Positions 18,783-27,370 of a stretch of DNA of 46,231 bases are shown piece by piece. Numbering within the stretch: the stretch's first letter is position 1; each line of letters begins with the position of its first letter. The notes under the pieces were generated by a model. The model was not told the origin of the DNA. It was given only the letters and a program-made list of their open reading frames with translations, and did not search any database. Origin of the DNA: Candidatus Wirthbacteria bacterium. Its GTDB lineage: Bacteria > Patescibacteriota > CG2-30-54-11. Made by a program: the position numbers and the translations under genes. The stretch lies in NCBI GenBank assembly GCA_903889905.1, contig CAISZI010000001.1, positions 1 through 46,231 on the forward strand. The letters run 5' to 3'.

Positions 18783-19592
18783 CTACTTACTGAGTGCAGT
18801 GCGCACGGCGGCCGTGATATCCGCGGGGCTGTTATTGGCCTTGACCAGATAGTTAAGGGCCCCCAGCTCCAAGCCACGGTCAATGGCAGAACCCGAGTCC
18901 AGATTGGAGAGGATAATCACGGGAACATCGGGAAGTCGATGTTCCTGTTTCATGGTTTTGAGGATATTGAGGCCGTTTTCTTTGGGTAGCATCAGATCCA
19001 GCAACACGAGATCGTATTTATTGGACTGAAGTTTTTCTTTGCCCATCAAGCCATCCGAGGCAATGTCAGCGACAAAGCCGTTGTGGGTCAATTCCTGTTG
19101 ATAAAGTTGTGCAATCAAATCGTCGTCTTCGATAATCAAAATGCGCTGGTTGCCCAGTGGAGCAGCCATTGGCGAGGGTTGCGGTAGTGGCGCGGAAAGG
19201 GGCGTTGGCATAATCACCATCGGTGTTGGCGGAGCGAGCGGCAACGGCGGGGTGGCGACCATGGCGGGCGGGGCCTGTACCATCGGCGCCGCCACAATGG
19301 GCGTCAAGCCAGGGGCCGTACTCTCTGCTGCAGATGTTTGTGTAGCAGCGCTGAAAAAAATCTGCGTGGCAGGTTCCGGCGCCATGGGAGGAATGGCCGC
19401 GGGAGCTGCTGGCTGAGCAAGGCCCTCAGGGACCACAACGGGTTGGGCCGGCAAGCTGGTTGGGAGCAGGGGGGCATTAAGCAAAGGTTGCGGGGCAACC
19501 TGGATCTGGTATGGTTTTAAATCAAAACCACACTGGGTGCAGGTGGTGCTGACTGGATCGGTGTTGGGCGTACCGCATTTGGGACAAAACAT
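18783..19592 (-). CDS. Zinc-ribbon + Pro-rich linker + response-regulator receiver domain
   Basis: CPKC...CTQC at the N-terminus; a long Pro/Ala linker; ILIIEDD, DLVLLDLMLP, IILSN, YLVK; no output domain. Confidence 0.88.
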   Translation of the reverse strand: MFCPKCGTPNTDPVSTTCTQCGFDLKPYQIQVAPQPLLNAPLLPTSLPAQPVVVPEGLAQPAAPAAIPPMAPEPATQIFFSAATQTSAAESTAPGLTPIVAAPMVQAPPAMVATPPLPLAPPTPMVIMPTPLSAPLPQPSPMAAPLGNQRILIIEDDDLIAQLYQQELTHNGFVADIASDGLMGKEKLQSNKYDLVLLDLMLPKENGLNILKTMKQEHRLPDVPVIILSNLDSGSAIDRGLELGALNYLVKANNSPADITAAVRTALSK

Positions 19593-19623
19593 GGCTTTAT
19601 TTCCATGATGAATAATTCCCTTT

Positions 19624-19632
19624 ATTATAGCA
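19624..19632 (-). promoter_or_regulatory. Extended -10 promoter element
   Basis: TGCTATAAT on the minus strand about 30 bp upstream of the ATG at 19592. Confidence 0.55.
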
Positions 19633-19664
19633 TGGATTTGGGTTAATAATGCGGAATTTTTGGT

Positions 19665-20093
19665 TTACAGCGAGGAAGGAGGCTGCGGCGAGGCTAAAGC
19701 GGTGCCACAATTGGGACAAAACAAACTATTGAGGGGAAGGTAAGCATCACAATGCGGGCAGGGTTTTCCAGCTTCACCGCGCCCCACATAGCGAAAAATC
19801 CGGATGCCGGGGATATCCCAATGGTAGCTGCCGGCGAGTTTTTGCAAATCTTCATCAATCGCCTGTAAGCCCACTTCAAGTGCAGCGGTTTCTTTGGCCA
19901 GCGGGGTTATGTCCGGAGCCGCATCGCGCAGATTGCCGCGGTGTTCGTAAACACTGCGCCCCATTTGCAGGAAATGGCGATTGAGGCGGGACTGGATTTT
20001 GGCACGACGGCGCTGCAGTTTGAAACGCAGCAGCAGATACTGCCCAAAGCGCAGCAAATTAGCAAAGCCTTGTTTGATGATCGTTAAAAACAT
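19665..20093 (-). CDS. Helical protein with a C-terminal zinc ribbon
   Basis: CPHC...CPNCG at the C-terminus; ATG at 20093 overlaps the upstream stop (TAATG). Confidence 0.75.
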   Translation of the reverse strand: MFLTIIKQGFANLLRFGQYLLLRFKLQRRRAKIQSRLNRHFLQMGRSVYEHRGNLRDAAPDITPLAKETAALEVGLQAIDEDLQKLAGSYHWDIPGIRIFRYVGRGEAGKPCPHCDAYLPLNSLFCPNCGTALASPQPPSSL

Positions 20094-20656
20094 TACGGTC
20101 CACACAGGGATAAATTACTTAAACTGTCATAGTTGATGTACCAGTGAAAATTGTCGGCGGTGAGATCGAGCACGTCGTTGAAGGAAATTTGCTGCAGCTG
20201 GCCACCCGTGGTTTCGTTGGCTTTGCCAGTGATGCGAACCTTGGCACTGGTTTTGGTCTGAGTGACGACTTTAAATTGGGGATTTTGGAACACAATTGAC
20301 ACATTGGGTTGCATCAACAGGTGCAGACAATTATTGAGGCCCTGGCTACGGCTTGAGGGCAGCAGATAGTCCACCGCGTTATTTTGTTTGCCAGAGGCGA
20401 TGGCCTGGTAAAAGTCACGCACGACAGGAACCGGATCGCCAAGATGGTGGGAGCTCCACCAAGTCAAACCGCCTACCACGGGAACGCCGACCAAAAGCAG
20501 CAGGAGCAAGCCAAAAACATGGGGACGGACCAGCCAATTGGCCCAGGCAGGGATTTTGCTCACCATTGAAACCGGTGGCAATGCTGTCTGGCATTGCGGA
20601 CAATGGGTCAATTTTTCCTGGTCGCTGATGGCATAACCGCACTGCGGGCAATACAT
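20093..20656 (-). CDS. Zinc-ribbon + TM + extracytoplasmic domain (DUF4878/NTF2-like)
   Basis: CPQC...CPQC, one TM helix, then PVPVVRDFYQAI...AVDYL...AKVRI...WYI. Confidence 0.75.
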   Translation of the reverse strand: MYCPQCGYAISDQEKLTHCPQCQTALPPVSMVSKIPAWANWLVRPHVFGLLLLLLVGVPVVGGLTWWSSHHLGDPVPVVRDFYQAIASGKQNNAVDYLLPSSRSQGLNNCLHLLMQPNVSIVFQNPQFKVVTQTKTSAKVRITGKANETTGGQLQQISFNDVLDLTADNFHWYINYDSLSNLSLCGP

Positions 20657-21372
20657 CAGGCGCCTCCTTGGGTGGGAGTGTTGGGCTCTGGTACGGGCGT
20701 GTCTGTCGTAACCGCAGTGGGTGCTGCGAGTCCAGGCTGCACGTCAGGGGGCATGAGCTGGTCCTGAAGTAACGAGCTTTTGAGCAGCTTGGCTTTTTCG
20801 TGGCTGAGCATCATGTTGAGTAAGTCTTCGGGGGTGGCGATTTTTTCCGCTTTGGTTTCTTTGTAGTCGTCGACTTCTTTGAGCAGGTAGCGCTGGACTT
20901 CCTGGGGCGCGTGCACCTGTTCGAAATCAATGTCGCCGGAAGGGCCAGCGGTGTGGATTTTGACGTCACCGTAGTTAAAAATGGTGGGAATGATGCCATT
21001 GATGTCATAAATTACGTCCTGCACGTGGTCGAGTGTGGTTTCCCCGACTTTGCGGTGAAACAGACCATTTTGGGTAATGTCGATCACCCGCATGTTGGTT
21101 ACCAGATAGATGTCCAGATACCAGTCCAGAAAATTGATCAGGCCAAAAATAAAGGCCAGAAATGTCCAGATCGCGGCACCCAGCAGCAGGGTTTCGGTGC
21201 TGAGGGTGACCAGGTTGAGTTGCGGAAAAAAGAACAGCCAGGCAAGCAGTGGCACGATGAAAATGACCAGTGTCAGAGAGAGTGGAGCCAGGAAGGTGAT
21301 CCAGTGCCGCCGCAGCATGAGCAGCACCTGCTCGCCGTCTTTTTGCCCGGTAAAACGATAGTCTTTGGCCAT
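20656..21372 (-). CDS. Membrane protein with a bacterial PH (bPH_2) domain
   Basis: GEQVLLMLRRHW, two TM helices, WYLDIYLVTNMRVID, VQDV, FNYGDVKIHTAG. Confidence 0.85.
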   Translation of the reverse strand: MAKDYRFTGQKDGEQVLLMLRRHWITFLAPLSLTLVIFIVPLLAWLFFFPQLNLVTLSTETLLLGAAIWTFLAFIFGLINFLDWYLDIYLVTNMRVIDITQNGLFHRKVGETTLDHVQDVIYDINGIIPTIFNYGDVKIHTAGPSGDIDFEQVHAPQEVQRYLLKEVDDYKETKAEKIATPEDLLNMMLSHEKAKLLKSSLLQDQLMPPDVQPGLAAPTAVTTDTPVPEPNTPTQGGA

Positions 21373-21393
21373 AGTGATTGGTTTTGGAAAAAA

Positions 21394-21978
21394 TTAATCG
21401 CGGGTGCCGGACTTGAGTTCTTCTTCGCTGGAGGGAGAAATATTGCCCAGCAGTACGTCTTCGAGGTGCAGGCTTTTGGAGCGGAAAATGGGCGCGAGTT
21501 CGTTTTCGATGGCCAGCTCAATTTCTTCCTGGCGGGAATAGACTTCCATGTTGGTGTAATTGGAGATGACCATGCGCACACGGCTGCGGGTCATGGGGCG
21601 GATGATTTTTTTGACAAAATCGTCGCCAATCGTTTCCCACAGAAAGGACGCGTCTTCGGCCACGAGCTTGAACAAAATTGTGCCTTCGATGCTGACCGGA
21701 CGGTCGTCGAGAGTGAGGGCGATGATGTTTTTGTCACCGACGGTAGAGTCGTCTTTGAGCTGGAAGCCTTTTTTGATCGGGTATTCCTGGATCTGGGTAT
21801 TGAATAATTTGGCTTTTTGCCAGAAGGGTGTTTTGAAATGCAGGCCAGGTTTAAGCACTTTTTTGAGCACCCCGCGGCCGCGGTCATATAGGCAGGCAAT
21901 ATGACCGGGCGGAACAGAGACCAGAAAATTTCCCAGAATATCATCGATCAGGATCGAGGCGATCAGTTTCTCGAGCAT
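21394..21978 (-). CDS. SPFH/band-7 (prohibitin-like) domain protein, short form
   Basis: VPPGHIA, LKPGLHFKTPFWQ, IIRPMTRSRVR, EVYSRQEEI, LEDVLLGNI. Confidence 0.85.
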   Translation of the reverse strand: MLEKLIASILIDDILGNFLVSVPPGHIACLYDRGRGVLKKVLKPGLHFKTPFWQKAKLFNTQIQEYPIKKGFQLKDDSTVGDKNIIALTLDDRPVSIEGTILFKLVAEDASFLWETIGDDFVKKIIRPMTRSRVRMVISNYTNMEVYSRQEEIELAIENELAPIFRSKSLHLEDVLLGNISPSSEEELKSGTRD

Positions 21979-22091
21979 GGTGTTTCCTAATGAAAGCTGG
22001 CCTGAAGTTTAACACGAATCAGGCTTTCAGGGAAATGCAAAATTGTTTATAATCAACCCAGTTTTGACTATTGCAGCAAGGGAAAAAGACC

Positions 22092-22586
22092 ATGAGCGGA
22101 CTGGATCCATCCGTCGCCAGATGGCAGCAGGTGATTGGGGCCGCGGTGCTGGTGCGCCAGGGCAAAGTGCTGATTTTGCAGCGCCGTCAGGACGCCGGCA
22201 TCCTGCCGGGCGACTGGGAATTCCCGGAAGGCAAAAAAGAACTGGGAGAAACCATTCAGGAGGCCGTGCAGCGCGAGTGCCGGGAAGAAACCGGACTTGA
22301 GATCAAGCTGGGCAAGGTGATAGACGTGTTTGAATATGGCGTGGATTCCCATCATGTCGTGCGCGACTGCACCCAGATCAATTATCTTTGTATCGACCAG
22401 CACCCTGACCAGGCAGTGGTTTTGTCTGATGAACACCAGGCCTACCGCTGGATTGGACCGACAGAGCTTGCGGTTGTGACCAATGCCAATCGACGCCAGA
22501 CGTTGAGTCAGGTTTTTGTACAAAGGGAACCGGTCCGTCGCTATACCGCGCGTCTGGTCAAGGCCAAACAGGCAAGGCAAGGCTAG
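22092..22586 (+). CDS. NUDIX hydrolase
   Basis: Nudix box GKKELGETIQEAVQRECREETGL and LSDEHQAYRW; start at ATG 22092. Confidence 0.9.
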   Translation: MSGLDPSVARWQQVIGAAVLVRQGKVLILQRRQDAGILPGDWEFPEGKKELGETIQEAVQRECREETGLEIKLGKVIDVFEYGVDSHHVVRDCTQINYLCIDQHPDQAVVLSDEHQAYRWIGPTELAVVTNANRRQTLSQVFVQREPVRRYTARLVKAKQARQG

Positions 22587-22963
22587 TCCATCGATACATT
22601 GTCAAAATGTTTCAATGCCGCCAGCGTGCCATCGGGATTTAACTGCAGTGCCAGTACATCAATGCGCCACGGGAAATCACCCGGATGCTTCATCAGATAA
22701 TATTCAGCCGCCCGGATCATGCGTCCCAGTTTGATCTCGTCCACGGATTCCTGGGGTGAACCGCCCGAATGGGTCTGGCGGGTGCGGACTTCGACGAAAA
22801 CCAGCGTTTCGCCGTCCTGGGCAATAATGTCAATTTCCCCAAAATGCGAAGCGTGGAAATTGGTCGCGACAATGTCGTAATGTTGGTCGCGCAGGTATTG
22901 CAGCGCCTGGGCTTCACCAGTTTTTCCCGTTTGTCGTCGGTCGGATTGCCAGGTTTGAGACAT
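22583..22963 (-). CDS. yraN: YraN-family predicted endonuclease
   Basis: GKTGEAQA, GEIDIIA, LVFVEVRTR, RIDV. Confidence 0.93.
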   Translation of the reverse strand: MSQTWQSDRRQTGKTGEAQALQYLRDQHYDIVATNFHASHFGEIDIIAQDGETLVFVEVRTRQTHSGGSPQESVDEIKLGRMIRAAEYYLMKHPGDFPWRIDVLALQLNPDGTLAALKHFDNVSMD

Positions 22964-23013
22964 GCCAAAAAGTCCATAAAAAGCAGAAGCAAACAGAACC
23001 GGTTGGCAGCAGG

Positions 23014-23223
23014 TTAGTGTGAAGTGGAACTTAAGGGAGAGGTGAGGGGCCTGGTCAGCGGCGCAACCACAACACTGCGACTTAGCCGGGGAGAACTGAT
23101 GTCTTCGGGTGTAGTTTGGGTGCTGGCCCAGTAGCCAAAGCCACCGACGGCAACCAGGAGAAGCACAATAACGATCCAGCCAAAGGTCGCCCCTGGTTTG
23201 GTTTTTGTTTCTGGCATGCGCAT
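23014..23223 (-). CDS. Small single-TM hypothetical protein
   Basis: 69 aa with one strongly hydrophobic segment; fills the gap between same-strand genes. Confidence 0.55.
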   Translation of the reverse strand: MRMPETKTKPGATFGWIVIVLLLVAVGGFGYWASTQTTPEDISSPRLSRSVVVAPLTRPLTSPLSSTSH

Positions 23224-23233
23224 TCCTTTTTGA

Positions 23234-23911
23234 TTAATAAGGATAATTAAACGTTAGATATTGACGGAAATAATCAAAAAGTTTGGCGGTGGCGATAGTA
23301 TCCTGCAGACAATAATGGGCAATTTCGGCAATGCGGCCGGCCTGAAAATAGCGCTTTACGTCTTTGCCGCACATGCCGTCTTTGGGTGAATCAATATTGA
23401 ACGCTTTGCAGTAAAAATGCAGCGGAAAGGCTTTGGGTACGGCGCTGTAGAAACGCAGCTGGTCGGCAAGGTCGCAGTGTGTGTCGGCTTTGTAACGATT
23501 CGGCATCAGGTTGCGGGTCGGTTTGATCTGGTTGATGGCGGAGCGCAGCAGGAGGAAGGGGCAGTCAAAGACGCGGCCATTGAAGGTGATGATCTGAGGA
23601 TAATGTTTGATGTCCTGCCAAAAAGTTTCCAGCAGGGCTTTTTCGTCAGCAACATAGACAAAATCCGCCTGTTCCGTGCTCTGCGCCATTTCCTTGTCCG
23701 AGACAGCGATGACTTTGCCTTTGTGTGTGTCGGGGTTAAACAGGGCCAGGCAGATGATTTGGCCTGTGAGTGCATAAAACGCGGTGCTTTCCCGCAGCCG
23801 TTCCTCGTCCGCCGCATCCTCGGCGTACTTGAACCAGAATTCATTTTGGATGGCGTCAAAGGTTTCTGTATCCTGACCGACAGTTTCGATGTCCAGGACA
23901 ACGCTTGTCAT
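23234..23911 (-). CDS. PolB-like 3'-5' exonuclease (RNase H-like, DEDDy)
   Basis: VLDIET, ITFNGRVFDCPFL, HCDL, YCLQDT; start at MTSVVLD (23911). Confidence 0.9.
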   Translation of the reverse strand: MTSVVLDIETVGQDTETFDAIQNEFWFKYAEDAADEERLRESTAFYALTGQIICLALFNPDTHKGKVIAVSDKEMAQSTEQADFVYVADEKALLETFWQDIKHYPQIITFNGRVFDCPFLLLRSAINQIKPTRNLMPNRYKADTHCDLADQLRFYSAVPKAFPLHFYCKAFNIDSPKDGMCGKDVKRYFQAGRIAEIAHYCLQDTIATAKLFDYFRQYLTFNYPY

Positions 23912-23991
23912 AGAGTTCCTTGGGTGAAAGTGAACGTCCGTATCATAATAATGAAAAGGCCTGTTTGGCAAGTTGCCTTTTTTGCATTTTG

Positions 23992-24136
23992 GTGAACGTG
24001 TCGCACGGGATGTTTACTCACGTTGTCAGTCCTTCGGGAAATCCGCCGCCAAAAAACCCAAAGCCTGCGCATTGGTCTGGGCATGACGAGCTTGAGCTCG
24101 CCGGGAATTTGGATTGCCTGGCGATTGACCGCTCAC
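23992..24136 (-). ncRNA. Candidate structured RNA, family unknown
   Basis: Closing stem GUGAGCG/CGUUCAC and internal hairpins GGCGAGC-UCAA-GCUCGUC, CCCAGA..UUUGGG and UCC-CGAA-GGA; the mismatches are G-U pairs on the minus strand. Confidence 0.35.
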
Positions 24137-24156
24137 ACAGCACAGCGATATTGGAT

Positions 24157-25272
24157 TTAGCCTGACGCGACAGTTTGATTCGCTTCCAGCCGGTCGTGAA
24201 GGTTCATGCTGGCAAGCACCACTTGATCCATATTGAGATAGCGATAAGTCGCCAGCCGTCCGACAAAAAAAGTGTTGGGCACTGTGGTGGCCAATTGTTG
24301 GTATTGCAAATAGATTGCCTGATTGTCACTGCGGGGAATAGGGTAAAACGGCTCTCCTTCTGCCATTGGATATTCCCGCATGAGGGTTGTCACAGGATGG
24401 CTCTGGCCGGTGGCATGTTTGATTTCGACACAGCGGGTATAGTCAAAATCATTGGGATAATTGATTTGAGGGAAATCCTGGAAATATGGCAGGGGTAGGG
24501 TTTCGAAGGCAAAGCGTACGGAGCGGTAAGGAAGCGGACCAAAACGATAAGCAAAAAAAGCATCGACACAGCCACTATAAATCAACTGGTGGTAGTGAAA
24601 GGCGGTGCGATTTTGCAGGAAATCACAATTGAGTTCCACTTGGATCTTGGGGTGATCGAGTAAATGGTGAAAAAGGTTGGTATAGCCCGCTTTGGGCATG
24701 GCCTGATACCGACGGGTGGAATAGCGTTGATCCTGGTCGAAACGAAGAGGAATCCGGGCAGTAACTTCTGGATCAAGCAGGCGGGGATGAAGGCCCCAGT
24801 GTTTCAGCGTGTAGTTGAGGAAAAATTTATCATACAACGCGCGACCGATTTGGCGAAGGACCTGGTCTTCGGCGTTGGTCGGATTGGGTATGGTCGGACA
24901 TTGCGTTTTAATAAAGGCCTGCGCCTCGACTGAGGTGAATTGTTTGCCATAAAACTGGTTGATTGTATTGAGATTGATCGGGAAATCAAATAATTGGCCA
25001 TCAACCAATGCTTTGACCTGGTAGAGGTACTTTCTCCAGGCGGTAAAGCGCGAAATAAAATTCCAGACGCGGTCACTATTGGTGCTGAAATAATGCGGGC
25101 CATAGCGGTGCACCAGCACGCCAGCAGCGTCCTGTTCATCGTAACAATTGCCGCCCACCTGCGGCCGCCGGTCGAGGACGAGGACGGATCTGCCGGCTTC
25201 CGCTTGCAAACGGGCCAGGGTGGCGCCGGCAATTCCTGCACCAACGATAAGGGTGTGGATCGAGGAAGCCAA
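24157..25272 (-). CDS. glf: UDP-galactopyranose mutase
   Basis: IVGAGIAG, GGNCYD, HRYGPH, YTLKHWG, LPYRS, YTR..EIKH, EPFYP, GRLATYRYLNMDQ; TTG start. Confidence 0.95.
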   Translation of the reverse strand: MASSIHTLIVGAGIAGATLARLQAEAGRSVLVLDRRPQVGGNCYDEQDAAGVLVHRYGPHYFSTNSDRVWNFISRFTAWRKYLYQVKALVDGQLFDFPINLNTINQFYGKQFTSVEAQAFIKTQCPTIPNPTNAEDQVLRQIGRALYDKFFLNYTLKHWGLHPRLLDPEVTARIPLRFDQDQRYSTRRYQAMPKAGYTNLFHHLLDHPKIQVELNCDFLQNRTAFHYHQLIYSGCVDAFFAYRFGPLPYRSVRFAFETLPLPYFQDFPQINYPNDFDYTRCVEIKHATGQSHPVTTLMREYPMAEGEPFYPIPRSDNQAIYLQYQQLATTVPNTFFVGRLATYRYLNMDQVVLASMNLHDRLEANQTVASG

Positions 25273-25434
25273 GGGAAAGGTTCTCGCAAGTAAGCCGGTT
25301 GGGTGTGAAGGTATCAGTCTGGGAAGGTTTTTGCGCTTTTTGGCAAGGCTCGTGCTTGTTCCAAAAGGATTCGGGTTGGCAGCAGGCGAAGGGGGTCTAC
25401 TTTTTCATGCGACCCCATGCATTTTATCTTTTTG

Positions 25435-26448
25435 CTATGGTTGATAACCGTGGGGATGGCCCTCGTACCATTTTTTTAGGCTGAGGATGCTGTCTTCCAG
25501 TGATTTGTGGGTGGTAAATCCCAATGTTCGTCTGGCTTTGTCGGGATTGGCATAGATTTGAGCGGCTTCGCCTTTGCGTGGGGTGGCATTGGCAGTCGTG
25601 ATCTGTGTTTGGAAAACCGCTTCGACTTTGGCAATAATTTGTTTGACGCTATAGCCAGTGCCATTGCCGAGATTAAAAGTGTCGCTGCTGCCACCCTGGT
25701 GTAAATAGGTATAGGCAGCGAGGTGCGCCACAACCAGGTCTTCGACGTCAATATAATCACGAATGGGTGTCTTGTCGGGAGTTGCCACGGTTGGACAGGT
25801 CAGGGAGAATGGCTCAATGCCCAGCGCGCCACGAACGGCGTTTTGCAGCATCAGTTGGGAGGGTTTTTTGGAGTCGCCGATCGTTCCGTCGCTGGCGGCA
25901 CCACACACGTTAAAATAGCGTAAAATCGCATAACGCAGACCATAAATTGAGCCATACCAGCGGATCATACGTTCGGTTAGCAATTTGGATTCACCATAGG
26001 GACTGGCTGGTTCGGTGGGGTGTTGTTCGTCGACAGGTAAGTATTGGGTGTTGCCATAGACGGCGCAGGTGGAAGAAAAAATCAGGGTACTGATCGCCTC
26101 GGCACGCATGGCTTCTAACAGATTAAGGGTGCCGAGCGTGTTGTTGTAAAAATACAAACCCGGCTGTTCCACAGATTCGTTGACCAGGCAGAGGGCGGCA
26201 AAATGCAACACCGCGTCAATGCCCGGATGTTCGGCAAATAGTTTTCGCAAATCATCCGGTTGCCGCAAGTCCCCCTGGACAAAGGTTAATGGGCCGTTTT
26301 GGTGCAAAATGTCGATCGCTGCCCGATAGCCACGGCTAAGGTTGTCAAAGACAACGACTTCATAACCACGACTTAAAAACAGTTTGACGGCATGGCTGCC
26401 AATATAGCCAGCCCCGCCAGTTATCAAAATTTTGGGCAAAGTGGTCAT
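25435..26448 (-). CDS. galE: UDP-glucose 4-epimerase
   Basis: ITGGAGYIGSH, HFAA..LVNES, FSSTCAVYG, PYGESK, LRYFNVCGA, RDYI; start at MTTLPK (26448). Confidence 0.96.
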   Translation of the reverse strand: MTTLPKILITGGAGYIGSHAVKLFLSRGYEVVVFDNLSRGYRAAIDILHQNGPLTFVQGDLRQPDDLRKLFAEHPGIDAVLHFAALCLVNESVEQPGLYFYNNTLGTLNLLEAMRAEAISTLIFSSTCAVYGNTQYLPVDEQHPTEPASPYGESKLLTERMIRWYGSIYGLRYAILRYFNVCGAASDGTIGDSKKPSQLMLQNAVRGALGIEPFSLTCPTVATPDKTPIRDYIDVEDLVVAHLAAYTYLHQGGSSDTFNLGNGTGYSVKQIIAKVEAVFQTQITTANATPRKGEAAQIYANPDKARRTLGFTTHKSLEDSILSLKKWYEGHPHGYQP

Positions 26449-26526
26449 GGGTGAATATCCTTGTGAGCTACGCTTGGGAATTGTTTGGTTAGTTTGTAGC
26501 AAGTCAGAACGGTGGGCGCTGTTGTC

Positions 26527-26555
26527 ATTATAGGTAAATTGGTGATGAGGGGCAA
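26527..26555 (-). promoter_or_regulatory. Sigma70-type promoter for galE
   Basis: TTGCCC-17 bp-TATAAT on the minus strand. Confidence 0.6.
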
Positions 26556-26581
26556 CCAACGATTCTTTGTTTGTTCTGTGG

Positions 26582-27283
26582 TTAGGAAAGTTTACCTCTG
26601 GGTAAATTGCTGCAGGCGAGCACGGGTTTGTAGGTTTGGCGGTGAATGGCACAAGGCCCCAATTGGCTTAACGCTGCCTGATGCTGCTTTGTGCCATAGC
26701 CTTTGTGTTTGGCAAAGCCATAGCCAGGGAATTGTACGTCCAGTTCCTGCAGCATACGGTCGCGGGTTACTTTGGCCAGGATGGCGCCAGCGGCAATCGA
26801 TAGACTGATATCTTCGCCATGGATAGGTGCTGTGCAGACTTGGGGTAAATCAAGGAGCGTGGATTGGGGCATTAACGCGGCGACATCCTCTGGCTTAAAG
26901 CGGACCGCATCCACCAGCACATGATGGTGGTTTAGATTAAACGAAAGCTTGTCCAGGGCCCGCAACATGGCCATTTTGGTTGCCTGCAAAATGTTGTACG
27001 TGTCAATTTCCTCGGCCGAGGCGATGCCAATCGCGGTTTGCTGTGCGCAATCTGTAATCACGTCAAACCAGTCGTTACGTTGTCTGGCAGAGAGTTTTTT
27101 GGAGTCTTTGAGGCCTTGCAGCCGTTCTGTGGCAAAGCAAGCGGGGAAGATGACGGCACCCGCGACTACCGGTCCTGCCCAAGGTCCACGCCCTGCCTCG
27201 TCGATGCCAATGACGAGCTTGCCCTGGTTCCAAGCGTCTTGTTCGAGCAAAAAAGTGGGAAGTGTTGAAGTTAAAAAGTTCAT
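26582..27283 (-). CDS. rnhB: Ribonuclease HII
   Basis: IGIDEAGRGPWAGPV, LKDSKKLS, ILAKVTRD, KHKGYGT, IHR. Confidence 0.97.
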   Translation of the reverse strand: MNFLTSTLPTFLLEQDAWNQGKLVIGIDEAGRGPWAGPVVAGAVIFPACFATERLQGLKDSKKLSARQRNDWFDVITDCAQQTAIGIASAEEIDTYNILQATKMAMLRALDKLSFNLNHHHVLVDAVRFKPEDVAALMPQSTLLDLPQVCTAPIHGEDISLSIAAGAILAKVTRDRMLQELDVQFPGYGFAKHKGYGTKQHQAALSQLGPCAIHRQTYKPVLACSNLPRGKLS

Positions 27284-27308
27284 AAAGCTTGCAAAGTGGA
27301 AACGGATT

Positions 27309-27344
27309 AAAAAAACAAAAAAGCGAGACAGAGTGTCTCGCTTT
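27309..27344 (-). terminator. Intrinsic terminator after rplS
   Basis: Stem AAAGCGAGACA/TGTCTCGCTTT followed by a T-rich tract on the minus strand. Confidence 0.75.
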
Positions 27345-27370
27345 GGGGGGAATTATTCAAGTTGTAAGGA

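Noticed and set aside
20911-21807. 298-aa plus-strand ORF
   Set aside because: Antisense to the bPH_2 and SPFH genes; no recognisable features.
22220-22300. PEG instead of PGG at the start of the Nudix box
   Set aside because: The GX5EX7REUXEEXGU consensus is intact; an ordinary variant.
23990-24050. SRP-like (GTCAGTCC-TTCG-GGAAAT) and group II intron-start-like (GTGCGACACG) motifs
   Set aside because: The SRP GNRA loop and AGCAG are absent; there is no intron domain V or reverse transcriptase. Kept only as an unassigned RNA candidate.
26449-26652. N-terminal extensions in the ORF track for galE (and likewise dciA, recF, rplY, rplS and the exonuclease)
   Set aside because: They overlap neighbouring genes, promoters or repeats; family homology begins at the downstream Met.
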